From positions 1 to 26,219 of the forward strand of contig DASXQR010000217.1 in the NCBI GenBank assembly GCA_036507075.1: 26,219 bases of DNA, given 5' to 3'. Below the pieces are notes generated by a model that was not told the origin of the DNA, ran no database searches, and worked only from the letters and a program-made list of their open reading frames with translations. A program made the position numbers and the translations under genes. Below are positions 16,504 through 24,575 of the stretch, piece by piece; position 1 is the first letter of the stretch; the number at the start of each line of letters is the position of its first letter. The stretch is from Acidobacteriota bacterium. Its GTDB lineage: Bacteria > Acidobacteriota > UBA6911 > JACQSX01.

Positions 16504-19500
16504 ATGAAATGGAAAAGCTCGCGCCGATACTCCAACGCCATTGAGGCTTTTCTCGACCCTGTCCGTTTAGCGCTTCAGAGGCAGAGGGCGGGAAGAGCGG
16601 GCCTGTTTTCCGTTGTAGTGCTGTGCGCCGCCCTGGTGGGTTCCTCGTGGGCCCTGTACCTGGTCGATTTCGAGTCCCGATTTCTCTCTGCCGCCCGGTT
16701 CGTCCTGGTGCTGGCGCTGCTGGCGGCTGTAGCGCTCATTATTCTTGCATGGAGAAAGCCCCTTGAGTTGCTGCGCGTTTCCCGCTACCTGGAAGAGCGC
16801 AACCCGCAATTGCAGCAGCGGCTTCTTACCGCCGTGCAAGTGAGCCGGGATCCGGCGCATCCTCTGTGGCCGTTTCTTGAAAAGGACGCGCTCCGATCGG
16901 CGCGTTCGGTCAAGCCCGCTTCCGCTTTGCGCGCTCAGCGCCACTGGATTACGGCGGCTGCCGTGGCGGTGCTTGCCGCATTGCTTATCTTTGTCAGCGG
17001 ACCGTCGTTCTTCCGCTATGGCTTGCAAAAGCTTTTTGCCTTCGACAATGCGTCCAGGCCGCTGTATGAGATTACCGTTTCTCCCGGTAACGCCCGCATT
17101 GCGCCCGGGATGGATCAGGAAATTCAGGCGCAACTGAGCGGTTTTGATTCGGCGCACGTGAACGTTCACTTCCGATTTGCCAACCAGACTCAATGGGAAT
17201 CGGCGGCGATGGAGCGCGCCCGCTCGGGCAACGCCTTCAGCAAGTTGATGCTGGATATCCGCGAGACTATGGAGTATTACGTGGAGGCGGAAAAAATCCG
17301 CTCGCCCCTGTATCGCATCGACGTGGCCGATTCGGCCCGCGTTCGGAAAATCGCGCTGCATTATTTCTATCCTGCATACACCGGCCTGAAGCCAAGAACG
17401 TTCGAGGACACCGGGGACATCGAGGCGCTGGTGGGGACGCGCGTGCGGGTTGAGGTGGAGTTTAACGAAGAACCGCAGAAACCGGAGATCCTGCTTGAGG
17501 GGAAGCGTGAAGCCGTCGCCCTGACCGCTGCGGGTAACAAGTCCTTCAGCGGCGAGGTCACCGTCAGGAAGGACGATCGTTATTGGGTGCGCACCAGCTC
17601 GCCGGCGGGCGAAACCCGCAGCAGCTCCATTTATGACATTACCGCCCTTGACGACCGGGCGCCGGTCATCCGATTTACCCGGCCGGGCCGGGATCAGAAA
17701 GTCTCCAGGCTGGAAGAAGTGATAACGCAGCTGGAAGCGGAGGATGACTATGGCCTCAATTCCGTTCAGCTCAATTATTCGGTGAACGGAGGCAAGGAAA
17801 AATCCATCACGCTTTTTGGTCCGGGCAGCGTCAGGCAGCTCACCAAAGACCACACTTTCTACCTGGAAGAAATGAATGTGCAGCCCGGAGACTTCGTCTC
17901 CTACTATGGCCAGGCGCGCGATGCCGTCAATCTGGCCAAGACCGACATTTATTTTCTGGAAGTAAAGCCGTTTGATCGCGAGTTTTACCAGAACCAGCAG
18001 GCAGGAGCAGGAGGGGCAGGAGGCCAGCGCGAGGACATGATGCTCTCGCGGCGCCAGAAAGAAATTATCGCCGGAACCTGGAAGATCTCACAGAACAGCA
18101 AGCGTAACCCGGACCGCGACGGCCGCGCAGATCCGCAGGAGCGGGCTGAAAACTTCCGCACCCTCGCTTTGGTGCAACAGCGTTTGCAGCAGCAAGCCGA
18201 AACCATCGTCGGTCGCCTGGCGCGGCGCAATGTGGGGAGGGACGACCTTGCGCGCCAGATGATGGAAAGCCTGCAGGAAGCGGCCAGGCTGATGGAGCCG
18301 GCGCATCAGAGTCTTTCCAAGGAGCGGGCATCCGAGGCCATGACCTATGAGCAGCAGGCGCTGCAGAAACTGCTTCGCGCAGAGGCCTTGATGAAGGAGA
18401 TCCAGGTGTCGTGGACGTCGGGATCTGCGGGCGGTTCGGGCGGCGACAGTCGCGCAGAAGAGCTGGCGGACCTGTTTGAGCTGGAACGCGACCAGATGAA
18501 GAACCAATACGAGACCCTGCAGCAAAGCCAGCCGGGCCAGCAGAAAGATCCCAAGGTCGACGAAGCACTGCAGAAGCTGAAGGAATTGGCGCGCCGCCAG
18601 CAGGAGATGCAGCGTAACTTTAACGCCGCGCAGCAGCAGCGCCTGCAGCAGGAGACCGACGAGATAGCGCGGCAACTGGAGCGCCTCTCGCGCCAGCGCC
18701 AGAATCAGCGCCTTGAGGACACAGCCAACCAGTTGCGGGAAGCTTCGCGCAGCATGCAGAACGGCAACCAGGGTCAGGGAAACTCGCCTTCCAGCAGCCG
18801 CGCGCTGGATCAACTGCGTCGCGCACAGTCTCAGCTTTCCAATCTTCAGAATCAGCAGCAGCAGAAGCAGTTCTCGCAGCTCAGCCAGACGGCGGAAAAT
18901 CTGGTGCGGCAGCAGCAGGAAATTGAGGATCGTGTCTCTTCGATACAGGAGCAGTTGCAGCGGCAGGGACGCGTCAACAATCGCCTGTTGGGCGGTTTAT
19001 TCACCGACAAGCAGGCCGTTCGCGACCAGCTGAAGAATCTCGAAAAGGAATTGGACGAGGCGGCGCGTCGCACGGCGTCAACGGAGCGCAAGGCTTCGCA
19101 GGATCTGAAGGCTGCTGCCAATGAGATTCGCGATCGGCGCATTGCCGACAAGATCGAGCAGGGCACTTCACTGTTCAGCCGCGGCCTGTTCGACCAGGCC
19201 AGGCAGCGCGAGCACTCCACCACACAGGAACTGCGTGAAGTGCAAAGCATGATTGAAAAAGCGCAGCAGGATGCCGGCGCCGGCCGGCCCGGGGATGACA
19301 AGAGCGCCGGTTCGCGGCTGCAGCGCGCGCTCGAACAGACCGGGCGGCTGCTGGATCAACTGGAACAGATGGAAAAGCAGCAGGCCGGCGGACAAGCGGG
19401 CGAACGTGGAGGCAGGCAGCGCGCGTCCCGTGATGACGGCAATGACCGCTCCGGCGACCAGCAGTCCCCAGATCAAAACGGCAGAGCTTCGGATAATCAA

Positions 19501-20157
19501 CGGAACGACAGAAGCCAGAACGGGCAGCAGCAGGGGAATCAGCAGGGACAACAGCAAGGACAGCAGGCCCAGCAGCAGGGAAGGCAGAGACAACAGGGGC
19601 AGGGACAAAAGGGGCAGGGACAGCAGGGACAGCAGGCCGGCCAGCAGCAAGGGGGCAGACAGTCGTCGTCAGGCACTCGAGGGTCTGATGACCGGCAGCC
19701 GGGTCAGTCGGAAGGTGGCGTGACCGAGTACGCCGGTTCCTTCACCGGCCCGAATAACGGCATCCGGCCGAGGCAGCGGCTGGGCGCCGACGAAAGGGCG
19801 TGGCGTGAATTCTGGAACGAGCGTCTCGACGAGGCTCGCAACATCCGCCGTGAGTTGTCCGGCGACAAAGAATTGGGCCGCAACATCGATCAATTGCTGG
19901 AGCGCATGATTCAGTTGGACCGGCAGCGCTTGCTGAACGACGCGGCAGAAATCTCCAATCTGCGAGCCGGCATCATCCAGGGCTTCAAGTCGCTGGAACT
20001 GAAGATGAGCCTCCGGGTACAGGGCGGCAAAGAAGGTTTCCACCTGTTCAATCCCGATGACGTTCCGCTCGAGTATCGGAAGGCGGTTGAGGAGTATTAC
20101 AAGACACTGGCGCGAAGCGGTTCCCGCAAGAACTCCGTCCCTGAGCGCCAGCCGTGA
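16504..20157 (+). CDS. Large DUF4175-like membrane protein with Ig-like domains, long Q-rich coiled coils and G/Q low-complexity tail
   Basis: Three N-terminal TMs and LQQRLLTAV. DRAPVIRFTRPGRD, AEDDYGL and PGDFVSYY motifs. Extensive Q/E/R heptads. C-terminal VPLEYRKAVEEYYKTLA. Confidence 0.8.
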   Translation: MKWKSSRRYSNAIEAFLDPVRLALQRQRAGRAGLFSVVVLCAALVGSSWALYLVDFESRFLSAARFVLVLALLAAVALIILAWRKPLELLRVSRYLEERNPQLQQRLLTAVQVSRDPAHPLWPFLEKDALRSARSVKPASALRAQRHWITAAAVAVLAALLIFVSGPSFFRYGLQKLFAFDNASRPLYEITVSPGNARIAPGMDQEIQAQLSGFDSAHVNVHFRFANQTQWESAAMERARSGNAFSKLMLDIRETMEYYVEAEKIRSPLYRIDVADSARVRKIALHYFYPAYTGLKPRTFEDTGDIEALVGTRVRVEVEFNEEPQKPEILLEGKREAVALTAAGNKSFSGEVTVRKDDRYWVRTSSPAGETRSSSIYDITALDDRAPVIRFTRPGRDQKVSRLEEVITQLEAEDDYGLNSVQLNYSVNGGKEKSITLFGPGSVRQLTKDHTFYLEEMNVQPGDFVSYYGQARDAVNLAKTDIYFLEVKPFDREFYQNQQAGAGGAGGQREDMMLSRRQKEIIAGTWKISQNSKRNPDRDGRADPQERAENFRTLALVQQRLQQQAETIVGRLARRNVGRDDLARQMMESLQEAARLMEPAHQSLSKERASEAMTYEQQALQKLLRAEALMKEIQVSWTSGSAGGSGGDSRAEELADLFELERDQMKNQYETLQQSQPGQQKDPKVDEALQKLKELARRQQEMQRNFNAAQQQRLQQETDEIARQLERLSRQRQNQRLEDTANQLREASRSMQNGNQGQGNSPSSSRALDQLRRAQSQLSNLQNQQQQKQFSQLSQTAENLVRQQQEIEDRVSSIQEQLQRQGRVNNRLLGGLFTDKQAVRDQLKNLEKELDEAARRTASTERKASQDLKAAANEIRDRRIADKIEQGTSLFSRGLFDQARQREHSTTQELREVQSMIEKAQQDAGAGRPGDDKSAGSRLQRALEQTGRLLDQLEQMEKQQAGGQAGERGGRQRASRDDGNDRSGDQQSPDQNGRASDNQRNDRSQNGQQQGNQQGQQQGQQAQQQGRQRQQGQGQKGQGQQGQQAGQQQGGRQSSSGTRGSDDRQPGQSEGGVTEYAGSFTGPNNGIRPRQRLGADERAWREFWNERLDEARNIRRELSGDKELGRNIDQLLERMIQLDRQRLLNDAAEISNLRAGIIQGFKSLELKMSLRVQGGKEGFHLFNPDDVPLEYRKAVEEYYKTLARSGSRKNSVPERQP

Positions 20158-20160
20158 TTC

Positions 20161-20420
20161 ACGGAGGGTTATGAAGGGTGATGAAGGGGAATGAAGAGTG
20201 AAGGGGAATGAAGAGTGATGAAGGGGAGTCATAGACGTGAGGATGGCATCAATCGATCAGTAAAAGCTTCTTTGACTCCATTTAAAGACTCACCCGCTTC
20301 CGCTCCCCTTCATCACCCTTCATCACCCCTCATAACCCTTCATTCCCGTTCAGCTCCGCCTCCTTCCACTCCCCTCCATAACCCTTCATCCCCCTACATA
20401 ACCCTTCATTCCCGTTCAGC
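20161..20420. repeat. Inverted array of ~10-bp repeats (TGAAGGGTGA/TCACCCTTCA) with a duplicated right arm
   Basis: Left arm 20161-20227, right arm 20299-20420. CATAACCCTTCATTCCCGTTCAGC occurs at both 20331 and 20397, a 66-bp offset. Confidence 0.85.
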
Positions 20421-21528
20421 CGCATACCTCAGACCCTTTTTTCTTCTGGTGGCGCTGCTGCTGTTTTCGCTTCGGGCAAGCGCGGCCGGCCACAAGGAAT
20501 GGGCCGAACTGGTTCAATCGCTCAGCGAGCCGGGCGGTTACTTTGACAGCGACAACTTCGTCTCCAATGAGAGCTCCTATCTGACGGTGCTCGATCGCAT
20601 GCGTGAGTTGCAGTTGCGCAGCGGCGTCTACATCGGGGTTGGCCCGGATCAGAATTTCAGCTACATCACTCAGGTTCGACCAGAACAGGCGTTCATCATC
20701 GACATCCGCAGACAGAACCTGCTGCAGCATCTCATGTTCAAAGCCTTGATGGAACGGGCCCGCAGCCGACTGGAATATCTTGCGCTGCTGGTTTCCCGGC
20801 CGGTGAAGCTTCCGCCGGATCTGGGCAGGGGCCTGACGGTCGATCAGATCGTAGATCGCGTGGATGCGGTCGAAAACGATCCGTCTCTCTTCCAGAAGAA
20901 CCTTGAATCGCTGCAGGCGCGCATTGCCAGGTATCGCCTGCCGCTGTCGCAGCAGGATCGTGATTTGATCGCTTACATTTACCGAAATTTTTATGAGAAT
21001 GCTCTCAACATCCGTTACAAAAGCTTCGGCAGGGAACATCAGTACATGTATCCCGATTTCCGAGCGCTCGTGCTTGCCAGGGACTTGAGCGGCGCCTACG
21101 GGAATTACCTGGCCAGTGAAGAAGGTTTCCAGTGGTTAAAGAGATTCCAGCAGGAAAACCGGCTGGTGCCGCTTACCGGCGACCTGGCCGGCAAGCTCGC
21201 CATGAGAAAGCTGGCTCGTTATCTGGTTGACACGCAGAAAACCGTGCGGGCCTTTTACGTTTCCAATGTGGAGTTTTACCTTTTCCGCAATGGCGTGTTT
21301 GAGAGCTGGGTGGAGAACGTGCGTGCGTTGCCAGCCGACGAGCAGAGCATCATCATTCGAAGCTACTTCAGCTACGGAGTGCCGCATCCCGAGCAGGTCG
21401 ATCCGTATTGGATGGCCTCGGTGATGCAGCGGATCCGCTCTTTCCTGCGCGAACAGGAAAAAGTCCCCTACACCAGTTATCGCGACTTGGCAACGCGCGA
21501 TTTCATTTCCATCCGCACCGACCACTAG
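20218..21528 (+). CDS. Conserved-looking exported hypothetical protein, possible SAM-dependent transferase-like fold
   Basis: Signal-like LRPFFLLVALLLFSLRASAA followed by a globular domain (SEPGGYFDSDNFVSNE, YIGVGPDQNF, IIDIRRQN, FYVSNVEFYL). Start uncertain because the 5' region is repeat-derived. Confidence 0.7.
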   Translation: MKGSHRREDGINRSVKASLTPFKDSPASAPLHHPSSPLITLHSRSAPPPSTPLHNPSSPYITLHSRSAAYLRPFFLLVALLLFSLRASAAGHKEWAELVQSLSEPGGYFDSDNFVSNESSYLTVLDRMRELQLRSGVYIGVGPDQNFSYITQVRPEQAFIIDIRRQNLLQHLMFKALMERARSRLEYLALLVSRPVKLPPDLGRGLTVDQIVDRVDAVENDPSLFQKNLESLQARIARYRLPLSQQDRDLIAYIYRNFYENALNIRYKSFGREHQYMYPDFRALVLARDLSGAYGNYLASEEGFQWLKRFQQENRLVPLTGDLAGKLAMRKLARYLVDTQKTVRAFYVSNVEFYLFRNGVFESWVENVRALPADEQSIIIRSYFSYGVPHPEQVDPYWMASVMQRIRSFLREQEKVPYTSYRDLATRDFISIRTDH

Positions 21529-21542
21529 CGCCGGGGATCCCA

Positions 21543-21612
21543 GATGGAGGGATGGAGGGATTCAGTGGATTGAGGGGATATTAATCCCATATCTCTCAGT
21601 CCTTCAGGTCTC
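21543..21612. repeat. Degenerate inverted 8-bp repeat element (GGGATGGA/GGATTGAG versus ATCCC/TCTCAGT)
   Basis: GATGGAGGGATGGAGGGATTCAGTGGATTGAGGGGAT...ATCCCATATCTCTCAGTCCTTCAG, just after the stop at 21528. Confidence 0.5.
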
Positions 21613-21707
21613 TTCCCCCTTGCGTGGCGAGTTGTAGATCTGCGCTTCAAGCACAAACTCGACGCTGAACCAAGTTTTATTGGTATAGCCAAAATGCAGC
21701 CCCCCGC

Positions 21708-21735
21708 TTGACACCGTGATTTTCCAGGCTACATT
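21708..21735 (+). promoter_or_regulatory. Candidate sigma70 promoter
   Basis: TTGACA (21708-21713), 16-nt spacer, TACATT (21730-21735), in an AT-rich intergenic region ~70 nt upstream of ATG 21807. Confidence 0.5.
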
Positions 21736-21806
21736 TTTATTAATCCTTCTCGGATGCATTACCAGCGGAGCATTAAATAAGCATCCTGCAGAGTCAGGGG
21801 GTTTGT

Positions 21807-22574
21807 ATGCGTCGCGTTTTCTTCTCCTTTCTCCTCGCCACTCTTGTGTGCCCTCTTTCCCGGGGCCAGTCTTCGTCGAGCTTCGATTCGGTCTATAGTT
21901 CCGTGATAGCCCGGCACGGGCCGGCGGTCACGCAGGCGGTCAACGCAAAATTAGACGGAACGATCACCTACCCGCAGACTGCCGCATCGGGCTTTACGCT
22001 GACGCTGCAGAATCGCCAACTCCGGTTCGATCTCTCCAGCGCGGAAGGCCTGTCGGTCGTTCGGGACGCTGACTTGGCGCAGGCTACACGCGCCGGGACC
22101 AAACGTCATTTCGCCGACCGGTCGCCGCTTTATATATCGGGGATGAATCTCGGGCCGGTCCTGGCGTTGCTCTATTTTTACAACGATGCCGCATATGCGC
22201 GAAGTCTGGTGGCGGGAACGAGTGGGACCAACATTTTGCGTTTTACCGAGACTCTTCCGGCCGGGTCGGTTGAGCCGCCGTTATTTCGCCAGCCAAAGCT
22301 TGTGGTGTCGTTTCTTGTGGCTGGCAGCAACGAGATTCAGAGCATCTCCTACGAGGATACCCAACAGACGTTTTTGCCCGTCGTGTACACCTACCTGTAC
22401 GTGGACAGCGTGACGACCCCCTTCCTGCAGCCCAAGAACCTCGTCTGCCAATCCGGCTCCCAAGTTGTCTACTCCGCACACGTGACTTCGGCGCAGTTGA
22501 ACGTGACGGTTCCTGCCAACTTCTTTCGGATCGTTGTTCCCCTCGCCGAAATTCTTGCACATTTTAGAGCTTAA
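21807..22574 (+). CDS. Exported beta-rich hypothetical protein (LolA/lipoprotein-sorting-like), C-terminus replaced by transposon sequence
   Basis: Signal peptide MRRVFFSFLLATLVCPLSRG. The ending AQLNVTVPANFF resembles the N-x5-F ending of LolA-fold proteins. The last 12 codons and the stop lie inside the transposon left end. Confidence 0.55.
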   Translation: MRRVFFSFLLATLVCPLSRGQSSSSFDSVYSSVIARHGPAVTQAVNAKLDGTITYPQTAASGFTLTLQNRQLRFDLSSAEGLSVVRDADLAQATRAGTKRHFADRSPLYISGMNLGPVLALLYFYNDAAYARSLVAGTSGTNILRFTETLPAGSVEPPLFRQPKLVVSFLVAGSNEIQSISYEDTQQTFLPVVYTYLYVDSVTTPFLQPKNLVCQSGSQVVYSAHVTSAQLNVTVPANFFRIVVPLAEILAHFRA

Positions 22575-22599
22575 ATTAGTAGAGTAAATCGCTCCTCCT
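22535..22599 (+). repeat. Left terminal inverted repeat
   Basis: TGTTCCCCTCGCCGAAATTCTTGCACATTTTAGAGCTTAAATTAGTAGAGTAAATCGCTCCTCCT. Confidence 0.8.
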
Positions 22600-22629
22600 T
22601 AACCGGGCCAAAAGCCCAAAGGAGGAACG

Positions 22630-24078
22630 ATGACCGAAGAGGTCAAGCAACAACAGGATCCCACCGAAAGTATCGCAGGTCCAGCAGAACCAACGCCGGT
22701 CAAGGCGGTCGGATCGTACCAGCAGGACAGCGGTCCACAGTCAGAACCGGTAGCTGAGCAGCAGGCCGCCGACGAGGTCGTGGATTTGCTCGACGAGCTG
22801 CCGAGACTTCCATGCCTGTCGGGGGGCCGAGCAAGAACTCGGCGCCTGGTGGTCAAAGAGCAGAACATCAGCGGCAAAGCACTTGGTCCGGAGCAGCGCC
22901 TGCTGCTGTTGGACACGTGGCGGCGCAGCGGGCTGTCCGGGGGTGAGTTTGAAGCACTGGTGGGCATCTCCAAGCACACGCTGTACGCCTGGAAGCAGCG
23001 GTTTGAGCGGGACGGACCGGCCGGTCTGATGCCAAGACAGCGCGAAAGCAGACGCGCCAGCCGTCTGGCGCAGGCCACGCAGCGGGCCATTCTAATGCTC
23101 AAGGCCGACAATCCCGACTGGGGATGCCAGCGCATCAGCGACGTGCTGGCTCGCGCCTCCGGTCTTGGGGCCAGCGCCGCCTCGGTGGCCTATGTCCTGA
23201 AAGAGGCCGGATACCAATGTGAAGAGATTGCAACCCGGGCGCATGCCGAACCGGTCGTCCGACGCTTTGAAGGAGTCAAGTGCAACAGCCTGTGGCAGAC
23301 CGATATTTTTACCTTTGTGCTCAAGCGCCAGAACCGGCGCGTGCATCTGGTGGCCTTCATGGACGATCACAGTCGATTCATTGTCAGCTTTGGTCTGCAT
23401 GCCACCGCCTCGACGGCTCTGGTCATTGAAGTCTTCCGTTCTGCCATTGCCAGTTTTACTGCGCCCGAAGAGATTCTCACCGACAACGGACCTCAGTACG
23501 TGACCTGGCGCGGCAAGAGCGCTTTCGGCAAAGAGTGCGAGGCGCGCGGGGTGCGCCAGATTGTGGCCCGTGTGCGCCATCCACAGACTCTGGGCAAGAT
23601 TGAACGCTTCTGGGGCACACTGTGGCGTGAATGCCTGCAGTCGGCCGTCTTTATTGACTTGGAGGATGCGCGGCGAAGAATCGGCCACTTTATCGACTAC
23701 TACAACTTTCAACGCCCGCATCAGGGAATCGATGGACTGGTGCCGGCGGATCGTTACTTTGGCGCCGCCAGTCAGGTGCGCGAGATGCTGCAGGTGCGCG
23801 TAGCTGAAAACGCGCTCAGCCTGGCCACCAACGGCATCCCCAAAGAGCCGTTTTACCTGACCGGTCAGGTGGCGGGCAAAAACTTCAGCCTGCATACCGA
23901 AGGCGAGCGCGTTATCCTGACCACCCCAGAGGGTCAGCGCCGGGAGATCAATTTACAGGGACCTGCTGATTGGCCTTCCAGCGCCCAGGCGCCTGCTGAT
24001 CAACCCGCTGATGGTGGTAGCCAGCAACAGACCGATCCGAACTTTGCGCTTGACGGCGATAAAGGAGAGCCGCTATGA
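22630..24078 (+). CDS. DDE transposase 1 (IS481-like, rve integrase core)
   Basis: RBS GGAGG at 22621-22625. HTH VGISKHTLYAWKQRF...GPAGL and NPDWGCQRIS. Triad WQTD, LTDNGPQY, GKIERFW. YNFQRPHQGIDGLVP. Beta-rich C-terminal domain. Confidence 0.92.
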   Translation: MTEEVKQQQDPTESIAGPAEPTPVKAVGSYQQDSGPQSEPVAEQQAADEVVDLLDELPRLPCLSGGRARTRRLVVKEQNISGKALGPEQRLLLLDTWRRSGLSGGEFEALVGISKHTLYAWKQRFERDGPAGLMPRQRESRRASRLAQATQRAILMLKADNPDWGCQRISDVLARASGLGASAASVAYVLKEAGYQCEEIATRAHAEPVVRRFEGVKCNSLWQTDIFTFVLKRQNRRVHLVAFMDDHSRFIVSFGLHATASTALVIEVFRSAIASFTAPEEILTDNGPQYVTWRGKSAFGKECEARGVRQIVARVRHPQTLGKIERFWGTLWRECLQSAVFIDLEDARRRIGHFIDYYNFQRPHQGIDGLVPADRYFGAASQVREMLQVRVAENALSLATNGIPKEPFYLTGQVAGKNFSLHTEGERVILTTPEGQRREINLQGPADWPSSAQAPADQPADGGSQQQTDPNFALDGDKGEPL

Positions 24079-24575
24079 CAAACCAAAACCGCAAAGATAA
24101 AGACAGGGCCGGTGCCAAGCGCTCGGCAGGTCCTCGGATTCAAGGAGACGACAGCCAGGCACGGCGGATCGCGACGGCGATTTTGGAGGTCCTGGGTGGG
24201 GAACGCACCCCCACTCAGGCTGCCCAGGCGTTAGGTATATCGGTAATGCACTACTACCATCTCGAGAGCCGCGCTCTGGCAGCTTTTGTCACTGGCTGCC
24301 AAAGTCGCGCCAAAGGGAGAACTAAATCGCCACACCAGCAGCTTCATCAACTGAGCAGGCAGCTGGAAAAGCTCAAACTGGAGTGCGCGCGCAAAAGCGC
24401 GCTGCTGCGAGCCGCCCGGCAGGCTGTGGGCCTGGCGCCACCGCTGGCCGATAAGACCGGCAAGCGGCGGCGGCGTCCTACAGTGCGGGCATTGAGAGCG
24501 GCGTGCCGGCTGCAAACAGAATCGCAAACAGAAAACTCCCATGCTGCAGCAATAAGTGATCCAGGAGGTAGCTGA
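24075..24575 (+). CDS. HTH plus coiled-coil accessory protein A
   Basis: ATGA overlap with transposase 1. HTH ILEVLGGERTPTQAAQALGISVMHYYHLE, then GR, then heptads LHQLSRQLEKLKLE. Confidence 0.8.
   Translation: MTNQNRKDKDRAGAKRSAGPRIQGDDSQARRIATAILEVLGGERTPTQAAQALGISVMHYYHLESRALAAFVTGCQSRAKGRTKSPHQQLHQLSRQLEKLKLECARKSALLRAARQAVGLAPPLADKTGKRRRRPTVRALRAACRLQTESQTENSHAAAISDPGGS

Noticed and set aside
16221..16541. Minus-strand (GYGLS)n ORF
   Set aside because: It is only the antisense reading of the DNA repeat, opposes the operon and overlaps the next gene's start.
19500..19670. CAG/GGA-rich repeats as a separate DNA element
   Set aside because: Explained by the Gln/Gly low-complexity linker of the DUF4175-like protein.
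22555..22585. Promoter TTGCAC-N19-TAGAGT within the left TIR, mirrored in the right TIR
   Set aside because: The 19-bp spacing and weak -10 make it unsupportable without transcript data. The conservation is equally explained by protein-binding blocks.
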